From Paraspadella gotoi (taxonomy: Eukaryota; Animalia; Chaetognatha): DNA of 64,000 bases. Shown here piece after piece: positions 1 through 11,560 of the stretch (position 1 is the first letter of the stretch; each line of letters opens with the position of its first letter). Where the stretch lies: positions 7,916,683-7,980,682 of the forward strand of contig CM119267.1 in the NCBI GenBank assembly GCA_051294375.1, given 5' to 3'. Made by a program: the position numbers and the translations under genes. Below the pieces are notes generated by a model. The model did no database searches. It saw only the letters and a list, made by a program, of their open reading frames with translations, and had not been told where the DNA came from.

Positions 1-108
1 GAGTACTTTCTTAACGAACCCCTTGCCCTTCCACCTTGCCCTTCCACCAAGGGCCTTGGTGGAAAACTATCAATTCTCCGTTTTTTGATCTTAGTGTGAA
101 TTAGAACC

Positions 109-186
<78 letters not shown>

Positions 187-509
187 GTCTCTCTCCCTAT
201 TCAATTATTAAAAAAAACTTCTTGATTTATTTATCACAAGCGGGGAATTCGCCATCGCTGGGTCGTGTTGCCGACATTTGCGGTCGAGGGCGGAAAAGTC
301 GGGATTTTTCCGGCGCCGGGTTTCTCGAGATCGGTTCGCCTCCGCCTTTGTCGCTTTGGCCTCCATTTAGCCTCCTAGTAATCCGCCGATGAATTTTGCA
401 ACAATGTAAACATGTTTTGCTCAATAATACAAAAAGAAGAACGCGGGAGGAGAGAGAAAGAAGAGAGAGAGAGAGAGAGAGAGTGAATGAGAGAGAGAGA
501 GAAGAGTGA

Positions 510-560
<51 letters not shown>

Positions 561-1487
561 GGGNNNNNNNNNNNNNNNNNNNNNNNNNAGAGAGAGAGAG
601 AGAGAGACGAACAGGAGGTTGAACCGAGCTAAAAACTTGGATCTTCGGAAATCCGTGTTCATTCGGTTCCATGCATTTCTTAGATTGTTTGGCGCCGGAG
701 ATATCAGAGACGGCGCCGGAAGCCTAATCAACAACGCCGGTCGCTCGACCCCCGGCGTCGCTAACTTGTATCGAATTGAGGCGGAAAAAGGTGATGGAGT
801 CGATGCTGGAGAAGAAGGTGATGTTGAAGAGGCGGATGGAGAGAGAGAGAGAAAAAGGAATTGGACTGAGTTACGGATCGCGTCAGTTGAAAAAGGAAGT
901 TGAGTCCACTCGCGTCATAAATATTAAATGATACAAGTTAGATAAGCGGATTAACTAAGACAGAGAGTGAGACGAAGACAGAGAGTGAGACGATCGAGAT
1001 GAATTGCTGATTAAGAAAAGAAAGAGATTTCGTCATTCGGCTTAAGCTCGAATTACGAGGCGAAAAAAAAAACGCAATGTACAGGAGAATATTTGGAATT
1101 TTGAAAGTATGAAACTTTGTTATGGCATGACGTTTTGTTCGCTTTACATATGTTTTACATTAAACTATTCACGCCTGCAAGAAAACCCTTCCAAGCCACA
1201 CCCGTCCCTACGATCTCCACTCCTCGCCGACTCTCGCTTAATTTATTGTTACAAATGAAGTCGGTTTTCTCTTCGGTTCCAAACTTGGATCTCGTCGCAT
1301 TAGTTCTATTCATTAGTCGAAACGAAAATGGCACCTGCCCGCACCTGCCCGCGCCGTGGCGAAACGGTATCGAAACGAGCCGCATCTGGAAAGGGGCAAG
1401 GTGGAGATGCGTGTTCGGCGTGAAAGGTGGAGGGGAAAGTAGGATTTCATTAACTTACCTATCCTCATTTCGATTTCATTAACTTAC

Positions 1488-1606
1488 CTATCCTCATTTC
1501 GATGCTTTACAAAATATTTCGGAGGAGGCGGAGATGATAGCGGCGGCGACAGTAGTGGTAGCAGTGACGTTTCATACCCGTCATTTAAAATTGTTATCAG
1601 ATCCAT
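1488..1606 (-). CDS. Possible small first coding exon (MDLITILNDGYETSLLPLLSPPLSSPPPPKYFVKHRNED), unknown product
   Basis: ATG at 1606, open to an AG|GTAAGT donor at 1487. A pyrimidine-rich acceptor cccctttccag ends at 1386. The duplicate copy near 9.1 kb has compensating indels and the spliced frame stops early, so support is weak. Confidence 0.2.
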
Positions 1607-1799
1607 GCTCCAATCTCTCATTTTCAGTTGTGTCATTGGAAAACCGAAAGTCTGACTTCGGGAGATTAACGGAAGAAACGTTTAACCAAATAAATTCGAC
1701 TCGGGTCTCTGAGATTATGAACCCCTTTAAATCCAAAGGACGCCGCATTGATATTCAATGCTCCATTTTATGAGGTTATAAAGAGGTTTCTCCGCCCAC

Positions 1800-2200
1800 G
1801 TCCTCGCCACGCCCACGTCACTTCCGGTGGCGCTCTAGAATTTGAGACCGAATTTGTCTCCATTTTTTTTGGTGGCCCTTTCCTTTTTCGCCCTTCCTTT
1901 TTCGCCTTTCCTTTTCGTCTCGTGGGTTTTTTCGTTGTCGTCGTCGCCTTGTTTATAAACGAATACTTTGACCAATGCGACGCAATATCCTCAGCCAACG
2001 AACCAATCACGAATCGAAAAGAAGAGATTCAGATTCCATTGGACGTTTCTGGATATTCGACTTATTGCGAACTCGAAAAAGCTCAGGTTAACCAATCATG
2101 AGTCTTTTAAACGAATCGAATCTCAATCGGCCATCGGCGTCATCGACTTGGATTCTCAAGAAACCGAATACCCGATATATCGCCGCTTTTCAATTGGATA
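1800..2200. promoter_or_regulatory. Candidate CCAAT/ETS promoter (duplicated at ~9375-9775)
   Basis: CCAAT or ATTGG at 1972, 2003, 2038, 2092 and 2193. ETS-type ACTTCCGGT at 1820 and Sp/KLF-like CCACGCCCA at 1807. The region is CpG-rich. Confidence 0.35.
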
Positions 2201-2336
2201 ATCTCGCACTTTACTCCCTCCTCCCCTTTCTCATTTTTAGCCTAAAATTCTTTGATTATTTTTATTTTTGTTGTGCCTTCATGATTGCGTTAGGAGACGA
2301 ATCTGAATATATTGCAATTTTTTTCTCACTACTGAA

Positions 2337-2370
2337 TAAGGCGTAGTGAAAGTTACATACGAAAATTCTA
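2337..2370 (+). mobile_element. Left-end fragment of the foldback hAT-like MITE
   Basis: TAAGGCGTAGTGAAAGTTACATACGAAAATTCTA preceded by CTACTGAA, identical to 9902-9943. The sequence then jumps to unrelated (GA)n. Confidence 0.8.
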
Positions 2371-2979
2371 GGGAGAGAGAGAAGAGAGAGAGAGGAGAGC
2401 AGGAGAGAGAGAGAGAGACGAGAGAGAGAGAGAGAAATATCAATATCATTAATAGTTCACCTCAAAGTTACTAAAAATCGCATGCAAATTGATAGCAACC
2501 AAAATTTAAGTATCTTTTTAAATTATTAGGTGTATTAAATCTTCTTTTCGTTGCGTAGAAGCGATTAGCAAAAACAAATTTGAGATTCAACAACAAATAA
2601 ATAAACAATCGTTGTCGAATCTGCAAATTTTGTTTTTGCTAAAATGTTAATTAAAAAAAAAGAAACATCTCTTAATTTTGTTCCCACTACTCTTCTCTCT
2701 TACCGTCACAGACATCACCTCACCGTACTTTCGCCCCCCTTTCGAAAACCGAGAATCCACTTCCTCGATTCAAACGCCTAACTCGTTTTATTGTCACTCG
2801 TAAAATCCCCTTTGGTGTTCAAACGCCCGCGCGTTTTTGCGCCTCTGTGAGCGAGGACATAGTACGTGCGCTCAATGCGAGGACTGTCAGCATCGTTTCG
2901 CTTTAACACGTCTACACCTCGGAAGCTCTCGGCCCACCACGAGTTTTGCACGCGCGGCGCAACGAAGGGGCACGCAAAG

Positions 2980-3060
2980 GCACGCAATGGCGGCGCGGGA
3001 GCGTTCGCGAGGCCAGGTTGACGTGGCAGGTTATAAAAAGACGTTTCCTTCGCTGCCTGT
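2980..3060 (+). promoter_or_regulatory. Possible TATA-box promoter
   Basis: TATAAAAAG at ~3032 in a GC-rich island, preceded by TGACGTGG and AATGGCGGC motifs. There is no transcript evidence. Confidence 0.25.
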
Positions 3061-3148
3061 CGAAGGAGAACGAAGGGGGGGGGGGCGGGAGTGAGAAGGG
3101 AAAGACTGTCGAGCTGAGTGGAGAGAGATGAGAGAGAGAGAGAGAGAG

Positions 3149-3200
<52 letters not shown>

Positions 3201-4844
3201 AGAAGAAGAGAGAGAGAGCTCGAAGCGACGCGGGGGAAATATTTTCGAGTTGAAATTTTGAACCCAAGCGAGAGGAAAGCTGAGGGAGGGTGAATACGCG
3301 GAGAGAGAAGAGAAAAGGAGGAAGAAGAGAAAAAAGGTTGGAGAGATTGATTATAGAGATTAAAGAAAAAAAAATTGTATTTTCTATATAATTCAAGAAC
3401 GATGTTCTTTAAACTTCAAAGGCGATAAGTGAAGATGTATTGAAGCCTTTTAGATGATTTTATTATTCATTAAATGACAATAGAGATCAAGAAATGATTT
3501 ATTATGTCTAAATTAACAGACAGGAAAGATTGTGTTTTACCTAATTCCAGAAGCCTCTTTCTTCGCGTCATAAAATTAAAAATACATTATGTTATGTTTA
3601 GCTTAGGTTTTACATTCATCTTTATCAACAGATATAGTACGTACTTATTATTTAAAAAAATTATTTCTATATCTAGTACGTTTATCACTTGAATATAATT
3701 ATAACCGAAATCTCTTTATTCTAAAAAAAAATTAATAAATTAAAAAAATTAATAATTAAAAAGTAAATCATCTAACTTTCATAGAATTATATCTGTGTCT
3801 GTCAAAAGGAATAGTTAAATATTAAATAATGAAATCGAAAGTTGAGAGCTGAGACTATTGGAGATCGTGAGAGATTGAGATGAGAATCAGGGAAGAGACA
3901 ATTCGAATGACGACGACAGTTACGAACAAAGTCGAGGTGACGGTCAAAAGGACAGAAGTTGACTCGAGATCTCGAAGAAGAATAATAAGAATAAGAAGTA
4001 TGAAGAAGAAAAAGAATGAAAAGGTGAATGAAAGGGTAAAAGAAAGAATATCGTCCGAATCTGAAAAAAAAAGATTTACAAAACCAAAATAAATAATCTC
4101 TGCTTCATGATGGAGAAGAATAAGAAAAGCCGCTTTACTTGACGCAAACTATTAATCGTAACAATCGAAAAAAACAACAAAAAAACAAACTGCTCGAAAG
4201 CTATTTTTAAAATCTTTTTTAAACTATACATTTTAACATTACCATCTGCATCCTCTTTCCTTTTCCGCCAATATCCGCGTCTACCCTCTTTTCTTACCTC
4301 TCCCTCCCTCCCCTTCTCTTCTCCCTCTCCCTCCCTCCCCCTCCCCCTTCTCCCCCTCACTCCTCTCTCTCCTCCTCCTCCCCTTCCCCACAGTCTCCCC
4401 TCTCGACCTTGATTCCCCATCAATAAGTATAGCGAGCGGCGATGATCAATTGCGGCCGCGTGGAAATCGGTTCATCCTCAGCCGCAGCTTTCTCTCGCAT
4501 CCGGGGAGGCAAATATCCGCGACCTCGGACCCAGATGCTCCTGTTTCGATGGAGGCGCTGGCGAGTCCCGTTCGCTTTAACAGAGTACAGTAAATGGATA
4601 GAGTCTACGTCTATTATAGAAATTCTAAAAGGCATTGGGTTCGTTGGAAAACACAGGCTCAACTTTTGGCTTTTTCTTATTCTTGGGGAAAAAAAAAGGA
4701 CATCTTGTTTAAAAGGTACAAACGTCGTCAGCCTTTTGGGCCATAATCAATATTTAAATGGGAAACTGCGTCAAAAAAAGACTTTAAACAAGATGAGCTG
4801 GTTTTCTTTGTCGTAGGGACTGCAGAGGTTGCGATAAAAGAATG

Positions 4845-4894
4845 AAAGAAAGAAAACAAAAGAGAAAAAGAAGAAAGAAAGAAGAAAGAAGAAA

Positions 4895-4960
<66 letters not shown>
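4845..4960. repeat. (GAAA)n microsatellite
   Basis: Direct reading of tandem GAAA/GAA units. Confidence 0.9.
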
Positions 4961-4961
<1 letters not shown>

Positions 4962-5175
4962 AAAAAAGAACATACATTTTAAGCTTTTAAAAAAAAACTT
5001 CTATATCACCACCAAAAAAGTAGAATAGAGAAAAAGGAAGGTGAGGAGGCGGCGGTTGCGGCGGCGGGTTGCGGCGGCGGCGGCCGCGCCGTCACCATGG
5101 CATCAGGAGATCGCGCGAGCTTCACCGCCACGTGGTGAAAAAAGCGGCGCCTCGAGTGGCGCCCGATAATCGGAA

Positions 5176-5262
<87 letters not shown>

Positions 5263-5907
5263 AGAGAGATAGAGAGAGCGTGAGAGAGAAGAGTAGACAA
5301 GGTAACGACATGAATGCCGAAGCTGAGATGAGATAAAGAGAAGGCGAATTCCAGGGGTGAACTGAAAAAATGTATGTACTAAACAACGAATAATAAAAAG
5401 AGAAAAAGTTTGAAACTATTTGAAAGGTCAGAATTATAAATAGATGAAAACCGAGAGAGTCATTAAGAATTAAGAGTACAAAAAGTTGGGATTGAAAACT
5501 TGGTTTTTCATCCAGAAACAAAAAGTCAAACCGGTTTTACTCCTGATTAGTTCGTGGGAGATTTGCGCGTGATTGTTGGTCGCCGGTCAACGACTCGTGA
5601 TCTTTGTAACGAGATCCTCAACATGAGACAACGGGACACTTTCGTGATTAACACGCGAAAAATGAGGTGAAAATCTCAACCATTCAGAAGGAGTGACGTT
5701 GAAGTTCCAGCTTCACGATTAATAGCTTAGAATCTTGCGCTAAGAATTTCTAGGACCAGAGTTAAAAATTTTTTGAACTTGAAACAAAAGGCTACTTTGA
5801 GGAGAAGCATCTCCTTCTTTATCTATTTTCTGTTTCTCTTCTGCTCTGGCGTCTCTGTCCTCTCTGTCTCTCTGTCTCTTTCTCTCTCTCTCTCTTCTCT
5901 CGTCTCT

Positions 5908-5964
<57 letters not shown>

Positions 5965-6450
5965 CGGCTCACTCGTGCTTTTTCACGTGATAATACATCG
6001 TCCCTCGTGAATCTTCTTCACCCACCTCGTCCGCGATGCTCGTCGCAGTTGGTTGCTTAGCGACGAGAGCAAAACCGGAGGGGGTGAGTTTTTGATGACG
6101 CGCTAAAAAGCCCTCGCCGCGTGGGGATTCGAGGAGGGCCGTGAATGGCGTTAGCGCCAAGCGGTGTGGAAAAGGAGTTATGAGATGGAGGAAAAATGGG
6201 GAGGAAAATCGGGAGACGGAAGGGGGGGAGGGTTTGATAAAGGAGGTGGTTGGATAGGGGGGGGGGGAAATAAGAGTGGTGGGGAATTGAGCGGCGGTTG
6301 GGAGAGTTAGAATCAGAAAAGTTTCACAAAATGGAGTTCTTTCAGTTGGGGCGAAATAGATTCACAAAGCGAAAGGGAAAGAAGAGAGAAAATTGGTCGG
6401 TAAGAAAACTGGAAGAGATGAGAAGATAAAAGAGGTGAGAAGGGGGGCGG

Positions 6451-6504
<54 letters not shown>

Positions 6505-6585
6505 GGGGAAGAAGTGCCGGATGGGTTATTTTGGCTGACGGATATGCCGCAGGTGCTCGTCAAAGTAAGGAGCAGAGTACGCGAA

Positions 6586-6653
<68 letters not shown>

Positions 6654-7049
6654 TACGCCGAGAAAGGATTATGGGGTCAACTGAGGATTGCGGCTGGAGG
6701 GAGAAGAAGAAAAGAAGTTTTTTGGGGCGCCGATCAAAAATGAATAAAAGATGAGGAGAGGATGACGAGGAGGATTAGGAGGAGAAAGAGGAGGAAGAGG
6801 AGGAAGAGGAGGAAGAGGAGAAGAAGGAAGGAAGGGGGAGGAAGAGACGTGGTTGAGAAATATCGGGATTTAAATATCTCGTTTTAGGTGGAGGGGGGGA
6901 AATGATTTCCGAAATGATGTATCATTGGTTTGTTTAAACCGCCTAAATTTAATGCATAACTGAGAAAATATTGCATCAAAATTCCGTCTTTTACTCTTTA
7001 TAGTTTTTAGGATTTCCTGAAGGCTGCAAACAACTATAGGCAAATTATA

Positions 7050-7176
7050 AGCATAAGTGGGACAGAACGACGGACAGACATACCGAGCGACCGACCGACC
7101 TACGGACCGACCGACAGACCGACCGAAAAAGTGACTTATAGAGTTGATCCGCGAGTACTCGCGGCGCTACTAAAAA
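7050..7176 (-). mobile_element. 5' part of a DINE-1/HINE-like (Helentron-associated) non-autonomous element
   Basis: The minus strand reads tttttagtagcgCCGCGAGTACTCGCGGatcaactctataagtcactttttcggtcggtc followed by a (GTCG/GTCY)n tract. It has a perfect 16-bp palindrome at 7149-7164 and is homologous to 36977-37085. Confidence 0.65.
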
Positions 7177-7430
7177 TATCCTCTCGAGTTGAGAAATGAA
7201 TTTTCGAAAACTGATGCTAAAAAAGCTGAACGACCCAAAATGCAACACCAAAAAAGCCTTTGAAAGTTAAAACGGTGATTGATTTTTAAGTTGTTTACTT
7301 TTTAGTCGATATTATTTTTGGGTTCGCGTGACTCGGATGGATTTGGTTTGCGTGAATCGCCTGACTAAAATTAAAAAAAAATCACTAATGGCATTAGAAA
7401 TGCGCTCGTCTTAAAAGTGAGAGAGAGGGA

Positions 7431-7608
7431 GAGAGAGAGTGGGGAGAGTAAAAGAGTGGGAGAGAGAGAGTGGGAGAGTAAAAGAGTGGGAGAGAGAGAG
7501 TGGGAGAGTAAAAGAGTGGGAAGAGAGAGAGTGGGAGAGTAAAAGAGTGGGAGAGAGAGAGTGGGAGAGTAAAAGAGTGGGAGAGAGAGAGTGGGAGAGT
7601 AAAAGAGT
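7431..7608. repeat. 30-bp minisatellite (TGGGAGAGTAAAAGAGTGGGAGAGAGAGAG), ~5.5 copies
   Basis: Direct reading of near-perfect tandem units. Confidence 0.9.
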
Positions 7609-7738
7609 ACTTTCTTAACGAAACCCCTTGCCCTTCCACCTTGCCCTTCCACCAAGGGCCTTGGTGGAAACTATCATTCTCCGTTTTTTGATCTTAGTGT
7701 GAATTAGAACCCATTCCTCTTCTCTCTCTCTCTTCTCA

Positions 7739-7776
<38 letters not shown>

Positions 7777-8114
7777 TCCTCTCTCTCTCTCTCTCGGTCT
7801 CTCTCCCTATTCAATTATTAAAAAAAAACTTCTTGATTTATTTATCACAAGCGGGGAATTCGCCATCGCTGGTCGTGTTGCCGACATTGCCGGTCGAGGC
7901 GGAAAAGTCGGGATTTTTCCGGCGCCGGGTTTCTCGAGATCGGTTCGCCCTCCGCCTTTGTCGCTTTGGCCTCCATTTAGCCTCCTAGTAATCCGCCGAT
8001 GAATTTTGCAACAATGTAAACATGTTTTGCTTCAATAATACAAAAAGAAGAACGCGGGAGGAGAGAGAAAGAAGAGAGAGAGAGAGAGAGAGAGTGAATG
8101 AGAGAGAGAGAGTG

Positions 8115-8190
<76 letters not shown>

Positions 8191-9943
8191 CGAACAGGAG
8201 GTTGAACGAGCTAAAAACTGGATCTTCGAATCCGTGTTCATTCGGTTCCATGCATTTCTTAGATTGTTTGGCGCCGGAGATATCAGAGACGGCGCCGGAA
8301 GCCTAATCAACAAACGCCGGTCGCTCGACCCCCGGCGTCGCTAACTTGTATCGAATTGAGAGCGGGAAAAAGGTGATGGAGTCGATGCTGGAGAAGAAGG
8401 TGATGTTGAAGAGGCGGATGGAGAGAGAGAGAGAAAAAGGAATTGGACTGATTACGGATCGCGTCAGTTGAAAAAGGAAGTTGAGTCCACTCGCGTCATA
8501 AATATTAAATGATACAAGTTGATAAGCGGATTAACTAAGACAGAGAGTGAGACGAAGACAGAGAGTGAGACGATCGAGATGAATTGCTGATTAAGAAAAG
8601 AAAGAGATTTCGTCATTCGGCTTAAGCTCGAATTACGAGGCGAAAAAAAAAACGCAATGTACAGGAGAATATTTGGAATTTTGAAAGTATGAAACTTTGT
8701 TATGGCATGACGTTTTGTTCGCTTTACATATGTTTTTACATTAAACTATTCACGCCTGCAAGAAAACCCTTCCAAGCCACACCCGTCCTACGATCTCCAC
8801 TCCTCGCCGACTCTCGCTTAATTTATTGTTACAAATGAAGTCGGTTTTTCTCTTCGGTTCCAAACTTGGATCTCGTCGCATTAGTTCTATTCATTAGTCG
8901 AAACGAAAATGGCACCTGCCCGCACCTGCCGCGCCGTGGCGAAACGGTATCGAAACGAGCCGCATCTGGAAAGGGGCAAGGTGGAGATGCGTGTTCGGCG
9001 TGAAAGGTGGAGGGAAAGTAGGATTTCATTAACTTACCTATCCTCATTTCGATTTCATTAACTTACCTATCCTCATTTCGATGCTTTAACAAAATATTTC
9101 GGAGGAGGCGGAGATGATAGCGGCGGCGACAGTAGTGGTAGCAGTGACGTTTCATACCCGTCATTTAAATTGTTATCAGATCCATGCTCCAATCTCTCAT
9201 TTTCAGTTGTGTCATTGGAAACCGAAAGTCTGACTTCGGGAGATTAACGGAAGAAACGTTTAACCAAATAAATTCGACTCGGGTCTCTGAGATTAGAACC
9301 CCTTTAAATCCAAAGGACGCCGCATTGATATTCAATGCTCCATTTTATGAGGTTATAAAGAGGTTTCTCCGCCCACGTCCTCGCCACGCCGTCACTTCCG
9401 GTGCGCCTCTAGAATTTGAGACCGAATTTGTCTCCATTTTTTTTGGTGGCCCTTTCCTTTTTCGCCCTTCCTTTTTCGCCTTTCCTTTTCGTCTCGTGGG
9501 TTTTTTCGTTGTCGTCGTCGCCTTGTTTATAAACGAATACTTTGACCAATGCGACGCAATATCCTCAGCCAACGAACCAATCACGAATCGAAAAGAAGAG
9601 ATTCAGATTCCATTGGACGTTTCTGGATATTCGACTTATTGCGAACTCGAAAAAGCTCAGGTTAACCAATCATGAGTCTTTTAAACGAATCGAATCTCAA
9701 TCGGCCATCGGCGTCATCGACTTGGATTCTCAAGAAACCGAATACCCGATATATCGCCGCTTTTCAATTGGATAATCTCGCACTTTACTCCTCCTCCCTT
9801 TCTCATTTTTAGCCTAAATTCTTTGATTATTTTTATTTTTGTTGTGCCTTCATGATTGCGTTAGGAGACGAATCTGAATATATTGCAATTTTTTTCTCTC
9901 ACTACTGAATAAGGCGTAGTGAAAGTTACATACGAAAATTCTA
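7605..9943. repeat. Segmental duplicate of 1-2370
   Basis: Colinear near-identity with 1-2370. Confidence 0.9.
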
Positions 9944-11091
9944 AAAGTCAATTATGAACAACATACCATCAGTGAACATTAATTTGTAAAAAAAAAAATT
10001 TTATGTTTTTTTAATTTTTGCAGTAGGCCATATTTATATATAGTACTATCCTTATAAAATCGAAAAATTTCAAATAGGTTTTTCTTAATTTTGATTGCAG
10101 ATTTGAATTCCTCGTCAAAAGTTGATAAAAGAAAATATAAATTATTTTTAAAAGTTCTTTCATTAAGTGGGTTAAAATTAAAAAAACTATATTTAATATA
10201 TAAAAAAGTTAATTTTCAGCTTAAAATATAGCTTTTTTCTAATTTTTGACCCACTTAATGAGGAATTTTTCAAAAAGAGTTATATTTCTTTTTATAACTT
10301 TTTATGACGAATCCAAATCTGCAAAAGAATCTTAGAAAAAACTGTTTTGAAATTTTAACATTTATTGGTTTAGTACTAGTATAAATATGGCCTACTGCGT
10401 AAATTGGAAAATTTATTATAAATTGTTTTTATTACATAAATATTTATTAGTATATGTTGTTTCGTTCGTCACTTTTAGAATGTTTANNNNNNNNNNNNNN
10501 NNNNNNNNNNNATCTAAAAGTTCAATTATGAACAACAAACCATCAGTGAACATTAATTTGTAAAAAAAAATAATTTTATGTTTTTTTAATTTTTGCAGTA
10601 GGCCATATTTATATATAAGTACTATCCTTATAAAATCGAAAAATTTCAAATAGGTTTTTCTTAATTTTGATTGCAGATTTGAATTCCTCGTCAAAAGTTG
10701 ATAAAAGAAAATATAAATTATTTTAAAAGTTCTTTCATTAAGTGGGTTAAAATTAAAAAAACTATATTTAATATATAAAAAGATTAATTTTCAGCTTAAA
10801 ATATAGCTTTTTCTAATTTTGACCCACTTAATGAAGGAATTTTTCAAAAAGAGTTATATTTCTTTTTTCAACTTTTTATGACGAATCCAAATCTGCAAAA
10901 GAATCTTAGAAAAAACTGTTTTGAAATTTTAACATTTATTGTTTAGTACTAGTATAATATGGCCTACTGCGTAAATTGGAAAATTTATTATAAATTGTTT
11001 TATTACATAAATATTTATTAGTATATGTTGTTTCGTTCGTCACTTTTAGAATTTTAATTAAAGTTAAATTGAGAAATTTTACTACGCCTTA
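9910..11091 (+). mobile_element. Foldback MITE, hAT-like, true length ~610 bp (body written twice across the 25-N gap at ~10487-10511)
   Basis: TIRs TAAGGCGTAGT (9910) and ACTACGCCTTA (ends 11091). 8-bp TSD CTACTGAA at 9902-9909 and 11092-11099. Nested internal inverted repeats are centred at ~10210, including a perfect 19-bp pair at 10020-10038 / 10380-10398. Confidence 0.85.
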
Positions 11092-11560
11092 CTACTGAAG
11101 TAATAAATAATTAGGAAAGTATTTATTCTTTAGAATTTTTTAGCCTTTCCTTTTAAATAAATGTATAAATATCTACTGAAAATGCTATTTTCCCTTCATT
11201 CGCCACTTTCCACTTTTCTTTCTTTTTCTTTCTTTTCTTTTCTTTTCTTTTCTTTTCTTTTCTTTTCTTTTTTTTTCCTTTCTTTCTTTTCTTTTCTTTT
11301 CTATTTCCTTTTCCTTTATAATTCTATTCTTTCTCTTTCATTTTCCTTCCTTTTCATTCCAACTCCCCTTTCCTTTCCTTTTCTTCTCCTTTCCTTTCAC
11401 TTTCCTTTTTTTCCCAGTTTTTCTTTTGTTTTTTTCTTTCTCCCTTCGATAACAAAGTTGATTCGATTTGCGGACGGCAGAGGGAGGAAAGAGGGGGTCC
11501 GCTCGACGACATCGGGAAAAGGGGCGGTCCCTTCCCGTCCAGTGGCTGATAAATCTGAGT
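11057..11560. repeat. Duplicate of 16368-16885, includes a (CTTTT)n tract
   Basis: Colinear near-identity, including the MITE right end and its TSD. Confidence 0.85.

Larger units (their letters stand above)
1..2370. repeat. Segmental duplicate of 7605-9943 (probably assembly redundancy or haplotig)
   Basis: Both copies begin gagtactttcttaacgaa and run colinearly to gaaaattcta. They differ almost only by 1-bp indels. Confidence 0.9.

Noticed and set aside
600-903. Exon on either strand (both strands have ~100 open codons)
   Set aside because: There is no recognisable domain or convincing splice pair, and the frames are not preserved in the duplicate at ~8190-8480.
7431-7608. CRISPR-like array of 30-bp repeats
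   Set aside because: The units are head-to-tail with no unique spacers, there are no cas genes, and the context is eukaryotic.
10487-11091. Tandem dimer of the MITE
   Set aside because: The two bodies are separated by a 25-N gap, overlap redundantly and share a single pair of TIRs and TSDs, so this is an assembly overlap.
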